A program made the translations under genes and the position numbers. Shown piece after piece: positions 1 to 9,582 of a DNA stretch of 43,347 nt. The DNA lies in NCBI GenBank assembly GCA_021836035.1, contig JAKBJL010000005.1, positions 1-43,347 of the forward strand, read 5' to 3'. The notes under the pieces are model-generated. The model was not told the origin of the DNA. It ran no database searches and saw only the letters and a program-made list of their open reading frames with translations. This DNA comes from a bacterium (lineage in GTDB: Bacteria; Patescibacteriota; Microgenomatia; JAMCZE01). The number at the start of each line of letters is the position of its first letter. The first letter of the stretch is position 1.

Positions 1-1549
1 TGATTTTTACATCCAATTGGATTGCGGTAACTCCCGTCTCCGTCCCGGCGATTTTAAAATCCATATTGCCGTAATAATCTTCAAAAGCGGCGATATCGGT
101 TAAAATCACATAATCTTTCTCGCTTTCCGCTATAATGCCCATGGCTACTCCGGCTACCGGTGCTAAAATAGGTACCCCGGCATCCATCAGAGCTAAAGTA
201 GAACCGGAAGCGGAACCCATTGAAGAGGAACCGTTCTCCGATAAAACTTCCGAAACCACCCGAATAGTGTAAGGGAATTTGTCCTGAGGAGGAACAACCG
301 GGTATAAAGCCCTCTCAGCCAAAGCTCCGTGCCCGATTTCCCGCCGCCCGGGAGTACCGATCCGCCCGGTTTCGCCCACGGCGTAAGGAGCATTGGAATA
401 ATGATGCAGGTATTGTTTTTCTTCCATACCCTCGGCAGTTTCAATCCATTGCTCCAAACTGGGACTGGCCAGCGTTGCTACCGAAAGAATTTGCGTCAGA
501 CCGCGCTGAAATAAAGCTGATCCGTGCGTTCGGGGTAATAAACCAACTTCAGCGGAAACCGGACGGATTTCTGTAGGTTTTCTACCGTCAGGACGCTTCT
601 TCTTTTCCAGAATTGCTTCCCGGACCAGTTTTTTGATAATCAGATCAACAATTTCTCCGATCTGATTCTTATTCTCATGAGCGACATATTCACCTTCCGC
701 CAGCGCGGCTTTAAATTCCTGGATTTGTTCCGTTTTAGGTTTAGAAAAGGCATCGGGAACGGTAATAAATTCCCCGATCTCCTTGAGATGGTTTTTTTCA
801 ATTTCCCGCTTTAATTCTTTATCCAGAAGATGGGACGCATAAGGATATTTATCCTGCCCCACTTCCTCGCGCAGCTTGTCTAACTCTGCTGTCATTTTGC
901 TGATTTCTTTTTGGGCGGCGGCTACCGCCTTGAGCATTTTTTCCTCGGGAAGCTGCTTGCCTCCGGCTTCAATCATCACAATCCCCTCGCCCTTCCCGGA
1001 AACTACCAGGTCCACATCAGAAAATTCCTTCTCCGAAACCTGAGGATTAATGACTACCCCTTCTTCAGGTTGGGTCAGGTAACCGACACGAACCGCTCCG
1101 ATCGGTCCTTTCCAGGGAATATTGGAAATATGCAAAGCCGCCGAAGCCGCAATAATTGATAAAATATCATGCTCGTTCTCGCCGTCAGTGGATAGCAGGG
1201 TTACGATTACCTGAACCTCATCCAGATAATCTTTAGGGAAAAGGGGGCGAATGGAGCGGTCGATCATACGTCCGGTCAGAATCGCTTCATCAGTTGGCCG
1301 TCCTTCCCGTTTAACCCAGCGGGAACCCTTAATAATACCGCCGGCGTAAAGCCGCTCGACAAAATCGACAGTTAAAGGAAAATACCCGAGATTTTGTTTC
1401 GCTGCCGCCGAAACCACGGTCGCTAAAACTTCCGTATCTCCCACGCGGGCGATCACGGATGCATTGGCCTGGGGCGCTACCTTATTGACTTCTAAAGTAA
1501 CGGTTTTCCCGGCCACCTCCAATTTTTTGGTCGCAGTTTTTCTATTCAT
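1..1549 (-). CDS. pnp: polynucleotide phosphorylase, N-terminal ~516 codons; the 3' end runs off the left edge of the window
   Basis: Absent from the ORF track because there is no stop inside the window. Manual minus-strand translation from the ATG at 1549 gives MNRKTATKKLEVAGKTVTLEVNKVAPQANASVIARVGDTEVLATVV... and stays open to base 1. RNase PH-type motifs are present: RPDGRKPTEIRP, THGSALFQRG, GRREIGHGALAERAL, SSSMGSASGSTLALMDAGVP, MDFKIAGT. It lies next to rpsO, as in most bacteria. Confidence 0.92.
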   Translation of the reverse strand, partial: MNRKTATKKLEVAGKTVTLEVNKVAPQANASVIARVGDTEVLATVVSAAAKQNLGYFPLTVDFVERLYAGGIIKGSRWVKREGRPTDEAILTGRMIDRSIRPLFPKDYLDEVQVIVTLLSTDGENEHDILSIIAASAALHISNIPWKGPIGAVRVGYLTQPEEGVVINPQVSEKEFSDVDLVVSGKGEGIVMIEAGGKQLPEEKMLKAVAAAQKEISKMTAELDKLREEVGQDKYPYASHLLDKELKREIEKNHLKEIGEFITVPDAFSKPKTEQIQEFKAALAEGEYVAHENKNQIGEIVDLIIKKLVREAILEKKKRPDGRKPTEIRPVSAEVGLLPRTHGSALFQRGLTQILSVATLASPSLEQWIETAEGMEEKQYLHHYSNAPYAVGETGRIGTPGRREIGHGALAERALYPVVPPQDKFPYTIRVVSEVLSENGSSSMGSASGSTLALMDAGVPILAPVAGVAMGIIAESEKDYVILTDIAAFEDYYGNMDFKIAGTETGVTAIQLDVKI

Positions 1550-1641
1550 CTATTACTCGGGAGAAATAAGAGGGTTGCTATGCGCAGTTCTTCTTTCTTC
1601 TCTTTATTTATTTTAATAACGTTATTATATCGCTAACGGTC

Positions 1642-1911
1642 TTACTTTGCCAGGCCTAAATCGGCAACGATCTGCTTATAGCGGGCACTGGCTTGCTTTT
1701 GCAGATAATTTAACAAGCGGCGCCGTTTACTGACAATAGTTAACAACCCCCGGCGGGAATGGACATCATGGCTGTGTTTTTTCAGATGGCTTGTCAGGTT
1801 TTTAATGCGTTCCGTCAAAAGCGCGATCTGCACCTCAGGAGACCCGGTATCTCCTTTTCCTTGGGAAAATTTATCTATGATCTTTTTCTTTTCGCTGGGC
1901 TGCAAAGCCAT
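1642..1911 (-). CDS. rpsO: 30S ribosomal protein S15
   Basis: An 89 aa protein with [17 protein letters not shown] and [16 protein letters not shown], in conserved rpsO-pnp synteny. Confidence 0.95.
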   Translation of the reverse strand: MALQPSEKKKIIDKFSQGKGDTGSPEVQIALLTERIKNLTSHLKKHSHDVHSRRGLLTIVSKRRRLLNYLQKQASARYKQIVADLGLAK

Positions 1912-1968
1912 AAACGTAAATATTGAATAATTAAACTAGTAGATTTTACCTTTTTTTACTCTTGCTGT

Positions 1969-2868
1969 CTAGACGTTAGAGGTGCCGCGGTAAATTTTAG
2001 GGCCGAGCCAATCCTGGGGAACCCCCGGGGGTGTGCTTGCCGCCTCCGCCGAAGGATTAACTTCCACCGGGATCTCTTGTTGCGGAGCATTGTCGCTGTC
2101 GGGCTGCTGAGTCTCGGCTTCCGTTTGTGCGGCCGGCGCTTTCGCCTTAGGGGCTAAAGCCCGCAGGCAAATTGCTGCCGCCTCAAAAGTAGCGGCGCTG
2201 ACTTTCGGTGACTGAAAATTGTTGGTAGCGGCCCGTAAGCCTTGGTACAAGTTGCCCGCTATTTCCTCGTCCAGCTTTAGTCCCATCGCCCGCAAATAGA
2301 AAGTGACGATTTCGGCAACGGAAGCAGCGTCAGGCTCCACCAGATTAAACCGGCCGTAATCACGGTTTTCGTCGTGGTTGTCAATATTGATTATTTGCGC
2401 CGAAGAAAAGAGCCCCTGATCAAAAAGCGTCCCCAATCCTTCCGGATTAACAGTTCCGACGGTATAAATTAAATCATACCCCCCGCCCTGGGCGGAATAA
2501 GAAATATTTTTTGTATCCAGAACGATGCCGTCTTTGGGAACTAAAGTCAAATTAAATTTACTGTTATCGAGATCTTCCGCGCAGGAAACTTTTTCCACGT
2601 CACCGCTTTGATAGGTATTAAAAGTGATCACTAAATTTTTACCGCCTAATTGCGTCTGAACCTTGTTGATACCGATAAGATTTGCCACCTCGACCAAAGG
2701 GGCGGATTCCATCGCAATCGTTGCGGTCTTGCCCGCTTGGACAGCCGCAAGGTACAAAGACAGCGCGGAGGCCATCGTATCGAGCGAAGGATTTTTATGG
2801 GTCAGGACCAAGACGTTCTTGGCGCTGTTGACCAGATTTTGGATTTGCGAAAGATCCTGGTTTGTCAT
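1969..2868 (-). CDS. DHH-superfamily (NrnA/bifunctional oligoribonuclease-like) protein with degenerate motifs and a Pro/Ala/Gln-rich C-terminal tail
   Basis: It has VLVLTHKNPSLDTMASALSL (degenerate motif I) and NIDNHDEN (a DHH-like motif). Its position between infB and rpsO matches the infB-rbfA-nrnA neighbourhood of other bacteria. Confidence 0.55.
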   Translation of the reverse strand: MTNQDLSQIQNLVNSAKNVLVLTHKNPSLDTMASALSLYLAAVQAGKTATIAMESAPLVEVANLIGINKVQTQLGGKNLVITFNTYQSGDVEKVSCAEDLDNSKFNLTLVPKDGIVLDTKNISYSAQGGGYDLIYTVGTVNPEGLGTLFDQGLFSSAQIINIDNHDENRDYGRFNLVEPDAASVAEIVTFYLRAMGLKLDEEIAGNLYQGLRAATNNFQSPKVSAATFEAAAICLRALAPKAKAPAAQTEAETQQPDSDNAPQQEIPVEVNPSAEAASTPPGVPQDWLGPKIYRGTSNV

Positions 2869-2875
2869 GCTATTC

Positions 2876-4369
2876 CTAGCTAAATCTGTAGGCGATTATA
2901 TCATCTCCTGGGGTGAAGTCAATTTGCGGGTCTAAAAGTATCCCGCACTCCCGCGGGGCCTCGATTTTCGAGACCTCCTCTTTACCGACACGCGCGGATT
3001 TAATTCTGCTTTCCCCGGTAACATTTTCTCCGCGTAAAACTCTGACCATATCCCCGCGGGCCAATCGCCCGTCAGCCACTTTCACTCCGGCGATACGCAT
3101 TTTCTCATAAGGAAATTCTGCGACAATTTTTCCCGTCCCTAAGACCTCTTCTTTGTGCAGGGGTTCTAATACTCCCGCCGCGGCATCATTCAACTCGTCG
3201 AGTAGCTCATAAATAATCCGGTAAGTCCGGACTAAAACTTTTTCCGTCTCCGCCAGTTTCGTAGCTACGGGGCTTACTTTGGTATTGAAACCCAGAATAA
3301 TCGCCCCGGTGGATTTGGCAAGTAGTATGTCTGCTTCCGCAATCTCTCCCGTAACGCTTTCGAGCAAATTGATATTTGCAGGAAGTTTTGATGTAATAGC
3401 TTCCAGCGAACCCAGATTGTCCGATTTCAAAATCAAATTGAGCCTTTGCCCCTCACTGTTATTTTCTTTTGATATTGTACCTGCAGCTTGTCGCGGCGGC
3501 CCTTTTAAGGCCTCCCCTTGCAAACGCTCTTGCGCGGCGCTAACGACGGCTCCGACCTGAGGAACTGCAGATACTCCCTGTACCTCCACCGGCATTCCCG
3601 GCAGAGTCTCGTTAATCCGCTGGCCAACATCATTAATTAGGGCCCTAACTTTGCTCTCGGTATCTCCGATATAAATCTTTTGCCCTATGAATAATTTCCC
3701 GTTCCGGACAATAAGGGTTGCGACCGGCCCGGTCTTTTTATCCAAGCGTGCTTCAATGGTTACCGCTTCCAAGGGAGCGTTTATATCGCCCTTTATCCCC
3801 GACATTTCGGCTATTAAGATAAGTATTTCTAAAAGGTCTTTTATCCCCTCATTTTTCAAGGCGGATACTTTCACAAAGGGAACATCACCACCGTAATTTT
3901 CCAGCAGGACATTATGGCGCAGGAGATCCTGGATTACTTTATCAACATTCGCTTCCGGCAGGTCAACTTTATTTATTGCAACGACATAAGGAATTTTTGC
4001 TTCCTGAATTATTTTGATCGATTCTACCGTTTGGGGCATTACGGAATCATTGGCAGCCACTACCAGAACTGCTATGTCTGCCACTTTCACTCCTCGCCCA
4101 CGCATCTGGCTAAAGGCCTCATGGCCTGGTGTATCGATAAACGTAATCTTATTAGCCCCTACGGTTACCTGATAGGCTCCTATTTTTTGGGTAATCCCTC
4201 CGTGTTCTCCCGCCGCGATATTAGTTTTTCTAATCGTATCTAACAGGGTAGTTTTACCGTGGTCAACATGACCCAGGACCACGACAATCGGAGGCCGGGT
4301 TAAGGCAGCCGGGCGGCTTTCCGCCGCGGAAGAATGCTTCGATTTAGAAATCGCCTGTTTCTTAGCCAT
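2876..4369 (-). CDS. infB: translation initiation factor IF-2, short form (497 aa) lacking the long N-terminal domains
   Basis: G-domain motifs [20 protein letters not shown] and NKVD are present. The C-terminal IF-2 domains follow, and nusA-infB synteny is conserved. Confidence 0.95.
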   Translation of the reverse strand: MAKKQAISKSKHSSAAESRPAALTRPPIVVVLGHVDHGKTTLLDTIRKTNIAAGEHGGITQKIGAYQVTVGANKITFIDTPGHEAFSQMRGRGVKVADIAVLVVAANDSVMPQTVESIKIIQEAKIPYVVAINKVDLPEANVDKVIQDLLRHNVLLENYGGDVPFVKVSALKNEGIKDLLEILILIAEMSGIKGDINAPLEAVTIEARLDKKTGPVATLIVRNGKLFIGQKIYIGDTESKVRALINDVGQRINETLPGMPVEVQGVSAVPQVGAVVSAAQERLQGEALKGPPRQAAGTISKENNSEGQRLNLILKSDNLGSLEAITSKLPANINLLESVTGEIAEADILLAKSTGAIILGFNTKVSPVATKLAETEKVLVRTYRIIYELLDELNDAAAGVLEPLHKEEVLGTGKIVAEFPYEKMRIAGVKVADGRLARGDMVRVLRGENVTGESRIKSARVGKEEVSKIEAPRECGILLDPQIDFTPGDDIIAYRFS

Positions 4370-4394
4370 AAGTAAAATTTAAGCGCGCTGCTTT

Positions 4395-5549
4395 TCATGT
4401 TTGGGATACATCTTTCGCGCTCCCGCCTTTGGCGGACTTTCCTACTGTTTCCGCTTCCTTTGCTTTCGTTGCTTTCTTTTTCCCCGTTTTCTTCGTCTTT
4501 TTTTCTTCCGGAACTTGTTCTGGAACTTTTTCCTGTTCCTGTACGGGAACTGTTGCCTTTTGGTATTCGTTTTTTCCTTTGATATCAATCCGCCAGCCGG
4601 TAACCTTAGCCGCGAGCCGGACATTTTGCCCGTCCCGGCCGATCGCTAAAGACAGCTGGTCGTCGGGAACCACTGCCGTTGCCGTTTTCTCCGCTACATT
4701 TAAAATAACTTCAATCTCTTTGGCTGGCGCTAAGGCCTGGGCAATTAAAATCTGGGCGTCCTCGCTGTATTGGATAATATCCACTTTCTCCGAACCGCCC
4801 AATTCATTAATTACCGCCTGAACACGAACGCCTTTCTGGCCGACACAGGCACCAACCGGATCTACCCCCGATTGAGTGGAAGCGACGGCTAATTTGGTTC
4901 TCCCGCCGGCTTCCCGGGCGATCAATCTAACTTCTACCGCTCCGTTCTGAACTTCCGGAACTTCCCGCTTAAATAGACCAATAACCAATCCCTCATGGGC
5001 GCGGGAAACAATGATCTCGCTCCCGCGGATACTTTCCCGAATGCCTTCAATATAAAAAACCAATCTCTGGTTAGGATAATAGCGCTCGGAGTTTACCTGT
5101 TCCTGGGGCGGCATAACCGCTTCCGCTTTGCCGATATCGACAATAATATTCGGTCCGTCGAAACGGAGAATCATGCCGTTGGCAATCGTTCCTACCTTCT
5201 GGGAAAAAACGGAAATTACGGCTTTCTTCTCCGCCTCACGGATTCTCTGAATTATTACCTGTTTGGCTGTCTGGGCGGCGATGCGGCCAAAACCCGGTGG
5301 AGTAATATCTTTACCCCGGCTGCCGTCCTCGTTCTTTTCAAAAATCCGCGCTTCCCCGCTATCCGGATCCAGTTCGGCAATGAGGTTGGTTATTTCCACC
5401 GCCTCGCCGGAAGTCAACAAGCGGTCCCGCCGATAGGCCGTCATTATCGCCTGGCGGATAGTTTCCAAAACCACTTCCATATCCAGGCCACGTTCGGCGC
5501 AGACCTGATTTAAAGCTAAAGCAAATTCACTTCTGACAACCGCTGGCAT
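4395..5549 (-). CDS. nusA: transcription termination/antitermination factor NusA with a Lys-rich C-terminal tail
   Basis: It has S1 and KH domains (VGACVGQKGVRVQAV, IGRDGQNVRLAAKVTGWRIDI). I prefer the ATG at 5549 (MPAVVRSEFALALNQ...). The ORF-track start at 5612 is a TTG that adds 21 non-conserved residues. Confidence 0.9.
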   Translation of the reverse strand: MPAVVRSEFALALNQVCAERGLDMEVVLETIRQAIMTAYRRDRLLTSGEAVEITNLIAELDPDSGEARIFEKNEDGSRGKDITPPGFGRIAAQTAKQVIIQRIREAEKKAVISVFSQKVGTIANGMILRFDGPNIIVDIGKAEAVMPPQEQVNSERYYPNQRLVFYIEGIRESIRGSEIIVSRAHEGLVIGLFKREVPEVQNGAVEVRLIAREAGGRTKLAVASTQSGVDPVGACVGQKGVRVQAVINELGGSEKVDIIQYSEDAQILIAQALAPAKEIEVILNVAEKTATAVVPDDQLSLAIGRDGQNVRLAAKVTGWRIDIKGKNEYQKATVPVQEQEKVPEQVPEEKKTKKTGKKKATKAKEAETVGKSAKGGSAKDVSQT

Positions 5550-5725
5550 AATTAATTTGCGAAGCAAATTACCCCGAGCGGAGTAGAAGGTTTCTGCCCT
5601 CCGCCAGAACAATTTGTTTCTTTTAATAATAAAAGGCGGGTCTCCCCACCTCTTAATTCTTACCGTTTATATTGTAGCACTAAGCTCTCGGGCGGGTCAA
5701 TGCCCCGGCCGATTTTGCCCAGGCA

Positions 5726-5744
5726 AGCACAAAAAATTTGTGCT
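5726..5744. promoter_or_regulatory. 19-bp palindrome AGCACAAA-AAA-TTTGTGCT in the divergent nusA / glycosidase intergenic region; candidate operator
   Basis: It has perfect 8-bp inverted arms read directly from the sequence, 33 nt upstream of the 5777 start. Confidence 0.3.
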
Positions 5745-5776
5745 AATCCTAGACTAGGAAGGATCTGCCGAAATTA

Positions 5777-8431
5777 ATGAAGAAATATTTCCGTTCGGCT
5801 GTCTTTAACTTTTCTTTTTTATTTCTACTTTACTTTGCTCTTCCCGTATCCGCCCAGAGCGCTCCGACAATTTCTTCCATCGCCGACAACCGCGCCGGTT
5901 ACCCTAACAGCCAAATTCCGAAATATGAAAAACTGGAAATTTCCTTCCGGGTCAATACTTCCTCTAACAATCCCTTTTTCCCCTATGACGCCGCGCCGCC
6001 GCCGGGAATAACCGCGGGCCAGGGGATAACGGTTAACGCGGTTTTTACGGCGCCTTCAGGCAAGGTAAGCACCCAACCGGCCTTTTATTACCAGGATTTT
6101 GATTACCAGGTGAAATCCGGACAGGATTGGTTTTACCCGACGGATAGCTTTCCCTGGAAGGTCCGTTTTACTCCCAATGAGGAGGGAAATTGGAAATATG
6201 TATTGTCGGCTCAGGATGCCGGCGGTACCACGTCGGCCGCGGAGCAAACGTTTTCCGTAGCTCCGTCTGCCAACCGTGGTTTTGTCCGGGTCAGCAAAAA
6301 TGACTCCCGCTATTTTGAATATGATGACGGAACCTATTTCCCCGGTCTTTCCTACAATATGAACTATTCCAATATTGATTGGACTAACCCCGTGCAGGCT
6401 AATCAGGCAAATTTCCAGAAAATGGGCCAAAATGGTATTCAGATTATCCGTCACTGGCTATCTCAGTGGGGTATATTTTCTTCAAATGACGTTTCCTGGG
6501 GCTCTGCCCGGAACGGTCCCGATGACGCGGGTATTACCGTTCCCTATATTTCCCAGACAGTAAACGGAGTTAATGTCCAAACCAGGGTAGCGCCCTATCC
6601 CGAGAGCGATGTGGCCATGCGGGCAGAGAATTATTGGGATCCGTGCATGTTCCTCTCCGGTTGGCAGCAGAGTATTCCGATGAAACCTAATACTAAATAC
6701 CATATTTTTATCCGCTACCTGATTCCTCCGGGTCAATATCTCAGCGGAGGAAAACTAACCGCCCGGTTTTCCGGATGGCTCGATAACCCACAATGCGCCG
6801 ACGCGACCAGCGGGGCTTTTTTGCCCTTAACCGGCGATGTCTCTCCCGATACCTCTCCGACAGACAACAACGGCAATGCGGTCTGGTCAATTTTGGAGGG
6901 AACTTTTAATAGCCAGAACCCGCCCTTTAATAATGTTTCGGTGATGCCCCGTTTTTATCTGTCGATTACCGGTCTGGATAATACTAATAGACCCTCTACC
7001 CCGACGGGGGCCGGAGAAAAAATCTTCATCGACCGGGTGGAAATTCGGGAAGACCCAAACGACAGCACCGACCCCTGCCGGAGAGCGGCCGGTTCCGGCT
7101 CGCTGTTCTTAGTCAGCTCGAGGAATTGCGGTATCAACGTTATCGGGAAACCCTGGATGTCCCATTATCAATATGTCGACCAACAACAGTCAGCCCGTTT
7201 TGACAAGGTAGTAGACCTGGCGAAACAAAACGGAGTTTATCTGAAGCTGGTAGTTTTGGAAAAAAACGAATATATCAGTAACCGTACCGATTATAACGGC
7301 AATACCATTCTGGATGGCCAGCCGGCTTGCAGTCAAAACCCGATTCCTCCCGGAACGGAATGTCCGGGAAACCGGTGGTTTTACGGAAATTGGCGATCCA
7401 TGACTAAAATCCGCTGGCTGCAAACCGCCTGGTTTAGGTATCTACAGGCCCGCTGGGGATATTCTCCCAATATTCATTCCTGGGAACTTGTTAACGAGGG
7501 CGATCCCTGGAACGGGCTGCATTATAGTTTGGCTGATGAAATGGCCAAATATATGCATCAGTTCGGCGCAGATTCCCATCTGGCGACGACCTCTTTCTGG
7601 CATTCTTTCCCCAAAGCGAATTTCTGGGCTAATAGTAACTACCCGAATCCGGATTACGCCGATGTCTACCGCTATATTTTTAACGACCAGGCAACTGCCG
7701 TGGACATCGGCGGAAACAATATTGCCGTGGCGCCGCTGGGTGACTATACGGATACAGCGGCGGAAGTACAGAAGCTTAGTATGCTTTTCGGAGCTAAACA
7801 GCAATATGGCGTGAATAAACCGGTGATGAGGGGAGAAACAGGTTTTGTGCTGGCGGGTAATACCGACGGTTGGGACCCGAACCTTGTTAATAAAGATTTA
7901 TCCGGTATCTGGTTATATAACTATATTTGGGCAGGAATAAATCCCGGCGGCCTGATTGAGTCCTATTGGTACGACCGTCCTCATATCTGGAATGACTCTT
8001 CGTATTATGGCCGTATCTTTGACCATCGCGATATTTACGGTACCTATTACCGTTTCATCAAAGACGTACCCCTGTCTAACGGCAAATATGTCGATGCGGC
8101 GGCTACCGTTACCGATCCTAACCTGCGGGTCTGGGGACAAAAAGATACCCCCGACGGTAAAGCCCACCTCTGGATAGCCAATCCCGCCCATACCTGGAGT
8201 AACGTGGTAAACAAGGTGACTATTGCTCCCATTTCCGCAACTATTACCTTAACCGGCTTTACTCCCAACAAAAGCTATCCTCTGGAGTGGTGGGATACCT
8301 ATTCCGGAGCTCCGTCGTCAACTACCAGTGCCGTAACCGACGGAAACGGAAATTTGACGTTTTCCGAACTTCCGATAGTGCCGTTAAAATCGGTACCTAC
8401 CAACCGGGAACTTTTACCCCCGAAGATTTAA
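5777..8431 (+). CDS. secreted multi-domain glycoside hydrolase-like protein (clan GH-A / GH5-like catalytic core after an N-terminal beta-sandwich domain); C-terminus probably frameshifted
   Basis: A signal peptide is present (MKKYFRSAVFNFSFLFLLYFALPVSAQS). The N-terminal YEKLEISF...NPFFPYD resembles DUF5060-type domains, from memory. HSWELVNEGDP looks like a clan GH-A acid/base NE motif, and VMRGETGF is a candidate nucleophile. Confidence 0.65.
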   Translation: MKKYFRSAVFNFSFLFLLYFALPVSAQSAPTISSIADNRAGYPNSQIPKYEKLEISFRVNTSSNNPFFPYDAAPPPGITAGQGITVNAVFTAPSGKVSTQPAFYYQDFDYQVKSGQDWFYPTDSFPWKVRFTPNEEGNWKYVLSAQDAGGTTSAAEQTFSVAPSANRGFVRVSKNDSRYFEYDDGTYFPGLSYNMNYSNIDWTNPVQANQANFQKMGQNGIQIIRHWLSQWGIFSSNDVSWGSARNGPDDAGITVPYISQTVNGVNVQTRVAPYPESDVAMRAENYWDPCMFLSGWQQSIPMKPNTKYHIFIRYLIPPGQYLSGGKLTARFSGWLDNPQCADATSGAFLPLTGDVSPDTSPTDNNGNAVWSILEGTFNSQNPPFNNVSVMPRFYLSITGLDNTNRPSTPTGAGEKIFIDRVEIREDPNDSTDPCRRAAGSGSLFLVSSRNCGINVIGKPWMSHYQYVDQQQSARFDKVVDLAKQNGVYLKLVVLEKNEYISNRTDYNGNTILDGQPACSQNPIPPGTECPGNRWFYGNWRSMTKIRWLQTAWFRYLQARWGYSPNIHSWELVNEGDPWNGLHYSLADEMAKYMHQFGADSHLATTSFWHSFPKANFWANSNYPNPDYADVYRYIFNDQATAVDIGGNNIAVAPLGDYTDTAAEVQKLSMLFGAKQQYGVNKPVMRGETGFVLAGNTDGWDPNLVNKDLSGIWLYNYIWAGINPGGLIESYWYDRPHIWNDSSYYGRIFDHRDIYGTYYRFIKDVPLSNGKYVDAAATVTDPNLRVWGQKDTPDGKAHLWIANPAHTWSNVVNKVTIAPISATITLTGFTPNKSYPLEWWDTYSGAPSSTTSAVTDGNGNLTFSELPIVPLKSVPTNRELLPPKI

Positions 8432-8541
8432 ATAACGACGGGCATGTCGATATTGCCGATTTAAGAATCGCTTTAACATCCTTCGGCAGCCCCTACAATA
8501 TTTTTGACATCAGTGAGGTAATTAGCAATTTTGGGAAGTGA
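8287..8541 (+). pseudogene. out-of-frame C-terminal continuation of the glycosidase, carrying a dockerin/EF-hand-like Ca-binding repeat
   Basis: The alternative frame reads ...SDSAVKIGTYQPGTFTPEDLNNDGHVDIADLRIALTSFGSPYNIFD, which has a D-x-N-x-D-G-x-V-D-x-x-D motif. The main frame ends in the non-descript SELPIVPLKSVPTNRELLPPKI. The frames overlap across 8287-8431. Confidence 0.5.
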
Positions 8542-8551
8542 CCGGGACGGG

Positions 8552-9472
8552 CTAAAACCACCCGTTCCTTTTTTTCGCGGAAGCTTTTTGGTAGTCTTCC
8601 AACAATTCTTTCTGTTCACGATTTAAACGGGTCGGGATTTTAATTTTGACCCGGACAAATTCGTCTCCGGTAACGTTCATCCGCGGAATTTTAATCCCCC
8701 GTCCGCGCAGGCGGATAACCGTATCCGGCTGGGTGCCTGCCGGGATTTTTAGGGTTACCGGGCCGTCAATCGTCGGTACTTCAATCGTCGTCCCGAGTAC
8801 CGCCTTATCAAAATCTACCCGGGTTTCGACAATAATATTAGCCCCTTCCCGCTGAAAGGCTTTATCCGGCCAAACCTGGATCACCACGTCAAAGTCCTCA
8901 AATCGGACGCGGGTGCCGTCGTCTACCCCGGCGGGAATCTTAAGTTTTTGTTGTTTCCCCGAAATCTCTACCGTCTTTTCCGTTCCCTTGGCCGCTTCCA
9001 TAAAGGTCAGTCCCAGAGAATAAGTTGCCCTTCTGCCCCGCCTTTGGCCGGCAGCGCTAAATCCTCCGCCGAAAAACTGTTCAAAAATCTCAAAAGGATC
9101 CGAAAAACCTCCGAAGTCCCATCCCGAAGCCGGTCCGCCTTGGGCGGAAAACCCGGCAAAGGGGTTCTGCCCTCCACCGTAGTTTCCATAACTATAGGTA
9201 AAAGGTCCCTGCTGGTATCCTCCGCCGGGCCCTTGGCCGGCTCCCTGGGTAAAGGCGGCATGACCAAACCGGTCGTAGGCCTGCTTTTTCTGGGGATTGG
9301 AAAGGACCTCATAAGCTTCGTTAACTTGTTTAAACTTTTCCGTCGCCCGGGGATCTTTATTGCGGTCCGGATGCCACTCCAAGGCCATTTTACGGTATGC
9401 CGCTTTAATCTCCTGCTCGCTGGCATTTTTTCCTATTCCCAAAGTCTGGTAATAATCCTGATTATTAGCCAT
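8552..9472 (-). CDS. dnaJ: DnaJ-class co-chaperone, type II (J domain + G/F region + C-terminal domains, no Zn-finger CxxCxGxG repeats)
   Basis: It has DYYQTLGI...HPDRN, a G/F-rich linker, and the last position in the hrcA-grpE-dnaK-dnaJ operon. I prefer the ATG at 9472 (MANNQDYY), because the ORF-track start at 9478 is a TTG. Confidence 0.9.
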   Translation of the reverse strand: MANNQDYYQTLGIGKNASEQEIKAAYRKMALEWHPDRNKDPRATEKFKQVNEAYEVLSNPQKKQAYDRFGHAAFTQGAGQGPGGGYQQGPFTYSYGNYGGGQNPFAGFSAQGGPASGWDFGGFSDPFEIFEQFFGGGFSAAGQRRGRRATYSLGLTFMEAAKGTEKTVEISGKQQKLKIPAGVDDGTRVRFEDFDVVIQVWPDKAFQREGANIIVETRVDFDKAVLGTTIEVPTIDGPVTLKIPAGTQPDTVIRLRGRGIKIPRMNVTGDEFVRVKIKIPTRLNREQKELLEDYQKASAKKRNGWF

Positions 9473-9482
9473 AAACAAAAAA

Positions 9483-9580
9483 GAGTAATCGCAAATATAC
9501 GAATTTTAGGCAAAATATACCAATATACGGATTAGCATATAAGTATATTTCGTTTTAAATTGGTATATTAGAGATTACTC
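9483..9580 (-). promoter_or_regulatory. nested inverted repeats filling the dnaK-dnaJ intergenic spacer
   Basis: The outer arms are GAGTAATC (9483-9490) and GATTACTC (9573-9580). The inner perfect 11-bp arms are AATATACCAAT (9514-9524) and ATTGGTATATT (9559-9569). Confidence 0.4.
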
Positions 9581-9582
9581 CC

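Noticed and set aside
5550-5612. A 21-codon N-terminal extension of nusA from a TTG start.
   Set aside because: The extension (MFWRRAETFYSARGNLLRKLI) is not NusA-like, and the ATG at 5549 begins the conserved N-terminal domain.
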